Positions 1 to 6,819 of a stretch of 29,995 nucleotides of DNA are shown piece by piece. Below the pieces are notes generated by a model. That model saw only the letters and a list, made by a program, of their open reading frames with translations. It was not told where the DNA came from and did no database searches. Position 1 is the first letter of the stretch; every line of letters begins with the position of its first letter. Source of the stretch: an uncultured bacterium (GTDB lineage: Bacteria; Patescibacteriota; JACMRA01). Made by a program: the position numbers and the translations under genes. The stretch lies in the NCBI GenBank assembly GCA_963784355.1, contig CAWAQU010000011.1, positions 1 to 29,995 of the forward strand, read 5' to 3'.

Positions 1-52
1 CTACAGTTTATTTTTCGGTTTTGATTTTGTTGATAATGATACTTATACTAAA

Positions 53-280
53 ATGCAAGAAAAAGGTACGATTACTAAATTTATGACTTTAAAATATGGA
101 GATATTCTCAGTATGTTGGAATCTCTATTTATTGAGGCTTTTGATGCAGAGATAAATAATACGCCGGAAAAAATTCGTTTTTTTAGATCCCCTTATTTTA
201 ACAAGAGTGGAAATGATAGCCTGTTATCTAACATGAGGCGATATATGAAAGGATATTGTAGTGGATTAAAGCAGATATAA
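53..280 (+). CDS. small hypothetical protein (75 aa)
   Basis: ATG-started ORF in an otherwise empty region, convergent with the GGDEF gene; no recognisable motif. Confidence 0.4.
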   Translation: MQEKGTITKFMTLKYGDILSMLESLFIEAFDAEINNTPEKIRFFRSPYFNKSGNDSLLSNMRRYMKGYCSGLKQI

Positions 281-420
281 ATTAAACCTTTTTGGAGTTC
301 TTAATAATATTAATTTTAACCTACATTATCTTAAAAGTCACAAAGTTGCACTAAGCTATGGTATATATGTAAATTTATTTTTAACCTTTATAGAATAAAT
401 TAATAGTCCATAATAAACTT

Positions 421-2124
421 TTATTTAAACGGAATCTGTTCTTCAAATTTAATCTCACTATAGAAGACGTATTTTTGTTTATCATTCTTTTTAGCCATAT
501 ACATAGCAATATCAGCTTGACTCACAAAAGTAGCTAGGTCGTTAGCAGTATCAGGAAAAATCGAAATACCGATACTTGGAACAATATCAAGTAGATCATT
601 GTTAATTTTAAACGGTTTAGCTAAGGCTTTGATTACATTTTGGGCAACCACTTCCAACTGAGGTTTACCTTGAATATTTTTAACTAAAATTACAAATTCA
701 TCACCACCGAGTCTAGCTACCAAATCGTCGTCTCTCACCGCCATTTTTAACCTCTTTGCAGTGATTTGAAGTACTGTATCGCCTGCTAAATGTCCAAGAT
801 TGTCGTTGATGCCCTTAAATTTATCTAAATCAATATACAATAGTGCCAGCTTCTGCTTTTCTTTTTCAGATTCCTCAACAGCTTTATTTAAATTTTCAAA
901 AAAGGAAGTTCGATTTAAAAGCCCTGTAAGTTGGTCAAAATAGGCGAGATGATAGACTTTTTGTTGGTTTCTACGCCTTTCAGTAATATCATGAAATATA
1001 TTTACACAAAAAATAACTTTGCCGGTTTCATCAAATACAGGTGAAGATTTTAGCAAACTCCAAAGCGTTTCTTTACGGCCTCTTCTTCTAAATCCTAGTG
1101 CAGTTTGAGGAGGGGTTTTACCTTTCAAGGCCAATCTACCAGGTAGTTTTTCCATATCAAAAGGTTCGTTTTGCTCAGTTATTATTTCAAATTTGTCTAA
1201 GATATGGTCGGTGGGGGTTTGTATCAATTCTTGGACTGAATGATATCCTAAAACCTCGGCAGCAGTAGGATTTGCATAAATAATTTTTCCCTCGGGATTT
1301 TGTACTGTAATTCCATCTCCTACACCTTGCAATATAATGTCTAATTGATTTTTAGACTGCAATAATTCATTTTGAATATGATTTTTTTCTTCTAATTCAC
1401 TGGTGACTTCCAGCTTAGCATGTTTAAGATTTTTAACAGCCTCACGATTATAAGCACAGACAGCTGAGGCAAAAAGTGCGGTCAATAGTACAGGTATTGC
1501 ATGGCTAAGAGCTGCAAACTCATTATGACCATATGGGTATACCCACTCCGGCCTATAATGGCCTAGTATTTCGTGATGCAAAAATACCATTGCAAAAACA
1601 ATCCAATGCAATCTCAGATCAGTATAGATCGTTAAATAAGTCATCACTATAAAAAAGTGAAAGTGCATTTCAATAGATCCGCCACCGATAAAAATAAAGA
1701 GATATGAAAATACTGTTAAATTGATAGTTGTAAGAACTCTCCAAAAATAATGATTTTTAAAAAATTTGTGTGAAGCAATTGCAACAACAGTAGAGACAGC
1801 ACCTATAATCAAAACATAAATCGCTTCTGATTGAGGAATAACTCTCCAACCTAAGGGTGAAGGGGTGTGTTCGGGTAACTTAAGTACACTATTGAGAAAT
1901 GTAAGAAAAAGTAGACCAAAAAAATTGGCAATTAGGGCAACAATAGTAAGTTTGTCTATCTCTTTGTAGTTTAAAATATCTACATATTCAGCATTTACAT
2001 CATCAAATAAAATTCGCTTTGAATACAATCTGATTTCTCTAAATAAATTTTGCCAATAACTAACAGGAGATACGATATGAGACATCTCATATGTAATTTT
2101 GTTCTTAAGTTTGCTGCCAGTCAT
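421..2124 (-). CDS. membrane-bound PAS-GGDEF diguanylate cyclase
   Basis: Multiple N-terminal hydrophobic helices with His-rich motifs (EMHFHFF, LHH); PAS segment (GDGITVQNPEGKIIYAN...FHDITERR); GGDEF domain with DQLTGLLNR, IDLDKFKGINDNLGH and intact RLGGDEF preceded by an RxxD I-site (RDDD). Confidence 0.93.
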   Translation of the reverse strand: MTGSKLKNKITYEMSHIVSPVSYWQNLFREIRLYSKRILFDDVNAEYVDILNYKEIDKLTIVALIANFFGLLFLTFLNSVLKLPEHTPSPLGWRVIPQSEAIYVLIIGAVSTVVAIASHKFFKNHYFWRVLTTINLTVFSYLFIFIGGGSIEMHFHFFIVMTYLTIYTDLRLHWIVFAMVFLHHEILGHYRPEWVYPYGHNEFAALSHAIPVLLTALFASAVCAYNREAVKNLKHAKLEVTSELEEKNHIQNELLQSKNQLDIILQGVGDGITVQNPEGKIIYANPTAAEVLGYHSVQELIQTPTDHILDKFEIITEQNEPFDMEKLPGRLALKGKTPPQTALGFRRRGRKETLWSLLKSSPVFDETGKVIFCVNIFHDITERRRNQQKVYHLAYFDQLTGLLNRTSFFENLNKAVEESEKEKQKLALLYIDLDKFKGINDNLGHLAGDTVLQITAKRLKMAVRDDDLVARLGGDEFVILVKNIQGKPQLEVVAQNVIKALAKPFKINNDLLDIVPSIGISIFPDTANDLATFVSQADIAMYMAKKNDKQKYVFYSEIKFEEQIPFK

Positions 2125-2308
2125 AGTAGTTGTCTATCTAAAATTCTTCTCCAAACACATGTCAGGAATTAGATTAAAAACAAAAAAATTAAATTAATCA
2201 AGGTCTTTTCTCATCTCATTGTTTTTGCGATAAAATAATTGTTCAGATTTGACGTATTTTAAAATCATGTGTAAGGTAATTCTAATTTAAAAATTTTGTA
2301 TATTTGCT

Positions 2309-2683
2309 ATGGTTGACAATCAAAATGAGCTCTATTCTGTAAAAATTAGAGCCGGTTCAAGAACTTATTTTTTAAACGTCAAAGAAGATAAAAAAGGCAA
2401 CTTATATCTTGTGATCAAAGAATCCAAGCTTTTAGCTGAGGGTGGTAGTGAGGCACATCGCATTATGATTTTCGAAGATGACTTTCAAAAGTTTGTAAGC
2501 GGAATGAAAGATGCTTTGGAATTTATCAAAACTACTCAAAAAAAAGTTAGGGGAGAATCTGATAGTTCAGAAAACCAAAATTACCCTGCAAATGAAGAAA
2601 AGAACGAAGCTAATATCAGTAATCCTGGTGAAGTTGCGATAACTTCAGATATTACCAGTGATATTCAAGATTTACTGGATTAA
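2309..2683 (+). CDS. PUR-family (PurA/DUF3276) ssDNA/RNA-binding protein
   Basis: YSVKIRAGSRTYFLNVKE...YLVIKESK...RIMIFEDDFQKF matches the bacterial PUR repeat pattern; acidic low-complexity tail. Confidence 0.85.
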   Translation: MVDNQNELYSVKIRAGSRTYFLNVKEDKKGNLYLVIKESKLLAEGGSEAHRIMIFEDDFQKFVSGMKDALEFIKTTQKKVRGESDSSENQNYPANEEKNEANISNPGEVAITSDITSDIQDLLD

Positions 2684-2710
2684 AAATAGTTATATCTACT
2701 GCACCAAAAT

Positions 2711-2731
2711 ACTGCCACACCGGCGGTTTTT
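2711..2731 (+). terminator. intrinsic terminator after the PUR-family gene
   Basis: ACTGCC-ACACC-GGCGGT hairpin followed by a T run. Confidence 0.65.
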
Positions 2732-2807
2732 GTTGTATCTGATACCCATAAATCATGCTTTAGAATTTATTTAAAGGCATGTTATATACAAGTAATGTAT
2801 AGCCTAG

Positions 2808-4928
2808 TTATTTGATACAACTCTTTATCCTGTGTTCTACTTCCTCAGTATCTAAAATAGCCAAAATTTCAAAGGGGCTGGGTGATTTTAATTTGCCTGA
2901 TAAGCTAACCCTTAACGGCCAAAGGTAAGACCCTGTATCTTTCTGATTTTCTTGAAGCCAAAGCTTTATTTTAGTCTCAAAAGTCGTAGCTAAATTTAGG
3001 AATTTTTCATTTAAATTAGGTTCAAAAATCGAATTTTTCAGCTCAAGTCTTTCTTGTGATAGCTCTTTTGATAACTCTACTACTACAGGTAGTATGTCAC
3101 TTAGGTTTTGTAAGCTTTCTTCTGTAGTGATTTTTTTCCACTTTAGATCGTCTGCAAGTGGTTTCTGCCAATTCAAAATGCATCCTGATTCCCAACCAAA
3201 TTCAGATAAAACCGTGATTCGATTTTTGTCCAAATTCCAAGCAAGATATTGGGTCTTAATTTGCTCAGTGGGCTCAAAACATGGTAAATTGTGTTGTTTG
3301 CAAAATTCTCTCCAAATGGGGTAGGTAACGAAATCATTGGTTTGAATTACTTCTGAAATGTTGTGCCATTTAAAGATCCAACTTCCATTATCTTCAAGAG
3401 TATATTCATCTAAATCTTCAGTAGAAATCGGATAGAAATAAATATGCATTTCTTTGCCGGTCCAGGTCTTGCCTAAATATTCATAAGGTTCCTTGGCTGC
3501 TAAGCTGAAGTCGGCAATTTTTATAAGTTTGCTTGGATCGATTTTAATTTTTCCATAAGTTTCTTCATCAGTCTCTCTAATCAAATTTTCTATTCCCGTT
3601 TCTCCCTCTTCCCGACCTCCACCAATAGGATAAAATTGACCGTCTCCAGTGACATGATCAGGATTGTTTAGAGTGTGATTCATGAATACTTTTTGTTTTT
3701 CAACATCAATCAAATATACATAATCACCAACTCTCAAACTTTGATCAATCATTTTTTGTTGCAATTTTAGATCAAAGGCCCTAAATGTAAATTCTTCCAA
3801 GCTCATCATCTGAATATATTGCCTGTTGAACCAGTTTAATTTCTCTTGGTTGAATCTTGCAGGAGACCTGGATATTTTCTCTATGCTAAAATCGGCAGCT
3901 AAATTATTTATTAATGTGTTTAGACGTGTTTCGTTTGTGTTTGAAAGTGGTTTGTCTGATAAATCAAAGTCGGCTTGATCCAAATAAATTTCCTTTTCAG
4001 TTCCCGGATTCCAACCTAAAAATACTAAATAATTAATCAAAGCTTCAGGTAAATAGCCCTTATTTAAATAATCTTGCATATTGGTGTTGCCATCACGTTT
4101 GCTCATTTTTTTATTACCGGTCTCACCTAAAATCACAGGTACATGTAAATATTTAGGAACTTCGCCATAATAATCCATAAACATAGTAGTGTGGCGAGCA
4201 AAACTTGCATACCAATCTTGTGAGCCGCGAATAACTAAACTGGTTTCCATTAAACGATCGTCAATAAGATGTGCTAAATGATATGTGGGATAACTATCAG
4301 ACTTTAAAATGACCAAATCTTCTTCCAAGCTCAGATCAAACTCATTTTCTCCTAACAGTTCATCGTAGCATTTTACTTTTTGGTCTCGTTGGATTTTGTA
4401 CATGAGGGCCGGTTTTCTAGGATCTTTTAAACCTGTTTGCACGTCGACGTAAATTTCCTCACCAAATTTTTCTGAATTAATTTTATAATAATTTATAGGG
4501 CGTTTGTTCAGGTTTTTTAATTCCTGGAGCTCTTGTTTGTCTTGTTCGGTAAGGTAATTCCAATAGGCAAGTTTTTTGTCCAACATGTTTTGGGCATGTT
4601 TGTAGTACAGCTCATTACGTTGAGATTGCATATATGGGCCATACTCTCCTTTTTGATAAATACCGTAAAATTCATCTTTTTCACCAAACTCCTCTAGGGT
4701 AATGCCTTCATCAGGACTCAAGCCGATTGAGGATAAAGTTTTGAGCAAAGGGATGACTGCCTCAGGCTGTAGTCTGTTTCTGTCTGTATCGTCCAGCCTT
4801 AAATAATATACTCCATCATTGATTTTGGCAATCAGCTTTGTAAAAAGTACAATTCTGGCAGTACCGATATGTAAATATCCTGTAGGTGAAGGGGCTTGTC
4901 TGGTACGAAACTTTTTTGTGTTTGACAT
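2808..4928 (-). CDS. gltX: glutamate--tRNA ligase with inserted Nudix hydrolase domain
   Basis: RTRQAPSPTGYLHIG (HIGH motif), KKMSKR (KMSKS motif), LGWNPG, C-terminal WPLRVSLSG..SPSPFE; Nudix box GGGREEGETGIENLIRETDEETYG at ~3553-3623; likely start is the ATG at 4928 (MSNTKKFRT), not the TTG at 5003. Confidence 0.95.
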   Translation of the reverse strand: MSNTKKFRTRQAPSPTGYLHIGTARIVLFTKLIAKINDGVYYLRLDDTDRNRLQPEAVIPLLKTLSSIGLSPDEGITLEEFGEKDEFYGIYQKGEYGPYMQSQRNELYYKHAQNMLDKKLAYWNYLTEQDKQELQELKNLNKRPINYYKINSEKFGEEIYVDVQTGLKDPRKPALMYKIQRDQKVKCYDELLGENEFDLSLEEDLVILKSDSYPTYHLAHLIDDRLMETSLVIRGSQDWYASFARHTTMFMDYYGEVPKYLHVPVILGETGNKKMSKRDGNTNMQDYLNKGYLPEALINYLVFLGWNPGTEKEIYLDQADFDLSDKPLSNTNETRLNTLINNLAADFSIEKISRSPARFNQEKLNWFNRQYIQMMSLEEFTFRAFDLKLQQKMIDQSLRVGDYVYLIDVEKQKVFMNHTLNNPDHVTGDGQFYPIGGGREEGETGIENLIRETDEETYGKIKIDPSKLIKIADFSLAAKEPYEYLGKTWTGKEMHIYFYPISTEDLDEYTLEDNGSWIFKWHNISEVIQTNDFVTYPIWREFCKQHNLPCFEPTEQIKTQYLAWNLDKNRITVLSEFGWESGCILNWQKPLADDLKWKKITTEESLQNLSDILPVVVELSKELSQERLELKNSIFEPNLNEKFLNLATTFETKIKLWLQENQKDTGSYLWPLRVSLSGKLKSPSPFEILAILDTEEVEHRIKSCIK

Positions 4929-4999
4929 AGATTGAGCTTGATAATTATACACTTTAAGCTTGTTTAAATCCAGTTTCCTGTCAATTGTGGTATTTTTAA

Positions 5000-5029
5000 G
5001 CAATCAAAAACCGCCCCATGTGGAGCGGC
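5000..5029 (-). terminator. intrinsic terminator, copy 1 of a 30-bp exact direct repeat
   Basis: Minus strand CCGCTCC-ACAT-GGGGCGG-TTTTTG downstream of ORF 5058..5312; identical to 5427..5456. Confidence 0.85.
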
Positions 5030-5057
5030 AAATTTCTAAATTTTTCCTTAATTCGAA

Positions 5058-5312
5058 CTATTCTTCGTTATCATCTTCTTCATTTATTCCTCTTTTCTGA
5101 CTCTTTTTACCTCCAATTCTACCAGCTTTTCTTGCTTCATCTGAAGTAAACTCGTGAGCTGTTCCTCTTTGGTGAGCAATTTTTCCTCCTTTTGATCTAG
5201 CTTCTGTAGTAAGATTCTTCCCATTGTTTTTTCTTCCATCAGTTTTAGTTGCACCATTGGTTGCAGTTGCAGCAAAAAACACGCGTTCAATTAAAATAGT
5301 TTTATTTGTCAT
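5058..5312 (-). CDS. KGG-repeat (GsiB/YciG-like) general stress protein
   Basis: EARSKGGKIAHQRGTAHEFTSDEARKAGRIGG is the KGG stress-repeat pattern; has its own promoter and terminator. Confidence 0.85.
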   Translation of the reverse strand: MTNKTILIERVFFAATATNGATKTDGRKNNGKNLTTEARSKGGKIAHQRGTAHEFTSDEARKAGRIGGKKSQKRGINEEDDNEE

Positions 5313-5369
5313 ATATGTAAATTAGCTTTCAAAAACCCTATATTATAATACTAAGATTAGGGTAATCAA

Positions 5370-5399
5370 ACTATACTAAAAACCCTGGTAGTTTGTCAA
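5370..5399 (-). promoter_or_regulatory. sigma70-type promoter of the KGG gene
   Basis: TTGACA (5399-5394), 18-nt spacer, TATAGT. Confidence 0.55.
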
Positions 5400-5426
5400 G
5401 GTAAATTGCATTCATAACTTTTCACG

Positions 5427-5456
5427 GCAATCAAAAACCGCCCCATGTGGAGCGGC
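5427..5456 (-). terminator. intrinsic terminator, copy 2 of the 30-bp exact direct repeat
   Basis: GCAATCAAAAACCGCCCCATGTGGAGCGGC is identical to 5000..5029; lies downstream of ORF 5496..5738. Confidence 0.85.
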
Positions 5457-5495
5457 CCATACTTAAAATACAATCGAATCTACCTCGTAAACCTT

Positions 5496-5738
5496 TTATT
5501 TTAAACCACTGTTCTTACCAATTTCCTGATAAAGATTATCTCTAATATCTCCATTTTCGTCATTTCCAAATTTTTCTGCTGTTTTCTGTACAGCCATATT
5601 TTTAATTTTTTCTATCTCTTCTTTAGACTTGTTTGCTAGGTTTTCTAGATTTACATTCTCTCCATTGTCATTTGAACTGCCATTACCTGAACTGTTTTCC
5701 AATAAAACTTTAAATAGTCTGTTAATGTTACTTGTCAT
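5496..5738 (-). CDS. small hydrophilic protein, divergent GsiB/KGG-like
   Basis: KTAEKFG...LYQEIGKNSG resembles the GsiB repeat (FYQEIGxKGG); same cassette layout as the neighbouring KGG gene. Confidence 0.65.
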   Translation of the reverse strand: MTSNINRLFKVLLENSSGNGSSNDNGENVNLENLANKSKEEIEKIKNMAVQKTAEKFGNDENGDIRDNLYQEIGKNSGLK

Positions 5739-5888
5739 AGTTGTATATGTTTTTTATTTTAAAAAATCCTAGATTGCTTTCTAAGGGCATAATTATTAAT
5801 TAAAAATAGTCCCTAACTGTCAAGATGATCTGAAATGAAGTCCTAAATCATTGACAAAAACTGTCCTAAAATCAAAATTTAAAATTAT

Positions 5889-6629
5889 ATGTTACCCGAA
5901 TCAGTGCAAAAACTGGCAGAAAAATTAAGATATTTACCTGGAATTGGCCATCGTGGAAGTATGAAGCTTTCTTTGGATATTTTACAAATGTCGGAAGATA
6001 AATTTAAAGAACTTGAAGTATCATTATACGAAGTCAGAAATAAGATTACTTTTTGCTCAAATTGTGGTTTTTTTGCTCAAGTTATTGCAGATAATAAAAA
6101 TGAGCTTGTATCAGACACCAGAGCAAGCTCTGGACAGAAAAACTTACAGTTTTTGACCCCGTTACAAGCAACGGGGCACTCTGCTACTAATAACAAAGTC
6201 TTATGTGAAATATGCCTAAATAAAAATCGACACAAAAACGAAATTTGCTTAGTAGAGAAACCGACTGATGTTATTACTATTGAAAAAAGTCAGATTTATA
6301 GGGGGTACTATCATGTGTTAAATAATCTTATATCACCTCTTGATAACGTTTTTGCGGAGGATACAAATTTGTCGGATTTGATTGATAGGCGTATTCCCGA
6401 AATGCTAGAAACTAAATCTAATAACGTGGAAATTATTTTATTTTTCAAGCTCGGGTTTGCTTCTCAGGCTACAACAGCATATTTAAAAGAAATTTTAAAG
6501 CAGAAAGGTATTTTAGATTCAGTTAAAATCAGCCGTCTTGCACAGGGATTGCCTATGTATTATAATCCTGACACCTTGGATCAAGCGACTATGGCCAAGG
6601 CTTTAGAAGATAGAAGAGAAGTAGATTAG
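5889..6629 (+). CDS. recR: recombination mediator RecR with an in-frame insertion in its C4 zinc finger
   Basis: HhH LPGIG; CSNC...CEIC zinc finger; Toprim ICLVE..DVITIEKS..YRGYYHVL; KISRLAQGLP; ALEDRR. Confidence 0.93.
   Translation: MLPESVQKLAEKLRYLPGIGHRGSMKLSLDILQMSEDKFKELEVSLYEVRNKITFCSNCGFFAQVIADNKNELVSDTRASSGQKNLQFLTPLQATGHSATNNKVLCEICLNKNRHKNEICLVEKPTDVITIEKSQIYRGYYHVLNNLISPLDNVFAEDTNLSDLIDRRIPEMLETKSNNVEIILFFKLGFASQATTAYLKEILKQKGILDSVKISRLAQGLPMYYNPDTLDQATMAKALEDRREVD
6099..6193 (-). repeat. ~95-bp structured repeat element, copy A (in frame within recR)
   Basis: Three tandem hairpins (CCAGAG/CTCTGG, AAAAACT/AGTTTTT, CCCCGTT/AACGGGG) enclosed by GTATCAGA/TCTGCTAC; ~82% identical to the reverse complement of 6663..6755. 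Confidence 0.9.
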
Positions 6630-6662
6630 TATGAAAATGTATCTTCTGAATTTAAATTAGCT

Positions 6663-6755
6663 TTATTAGTAATCAGAATATCTCGTTGCTTGCAATGGGT
6701 CAAAAACTGTAAGTTTTTGTTTTCAAGCCTGCTTGGGTTCTGATACAAGCTCATT
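6663..6755 (+). repeat. ~93-bp structured repeat element, copy B (recR-rpsA intergenic, inverted relative to copy A)
   Basis: Shares exact blocks of 17, 22, 9 and 9 nt with copy A; same fold (ATCAGAAT/GTTCTGAT outer stem plus three hairpins). Confidence 0.9.
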
Positions 6756-6783
6756 AAATGGAAAAATGTTGCAGTAATTGGAC

Positions 6784-6812
6784 TTGACAAAAACTCAAGA
6801 CCAGCCTAATTA
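6784..6812 (+). promoter_or_regulatory. sigma70-type promoter giving a (near-)leaderless rpsA transcript
   Basis: TTGACA at 6784, 17-nt spacer, AT-rich -10 (TAATTA) ending 7 nt before the ATG at 6820. Confidence 0.55.
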
Positions 6813-6819
6813 TTGATTT

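Noticed and set aside
2700-2757. TCTGATAC and GTTTTTG similarity to the recR element
   Set aside because: Matches are 8 nt or less and the region is explained by an ordinary terminator
3094-3324. Plus-strand 76-aa ORF; similar shadow ORFs at 6903, 8002, 12254, 14054, 14636, 18306, 21006, 23769, 26932, 28835 and 29494
   Set aside because: Antisense to or overlapping well-supported genes, with no recognisable motifs
5084-5290. Alternative-frame 68-aa ORF over the KGG gene
   Set aside because: The 5058..5312 frame has the KGG motif and an ATG start
5000-5456. 30-bp direct repeats as a CRISPR array
   Set aside because: Only two copies 427 bp apart with a gene between them, terminator shape, and no cas genes
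6663-6755. Copy B as a tRNA, SRP RNA or rpsA leader
   Set aside because: No TTC T-loop or CCA, no SRP helix-8 motif, and the apparent rpsA promoter lies downstream of it
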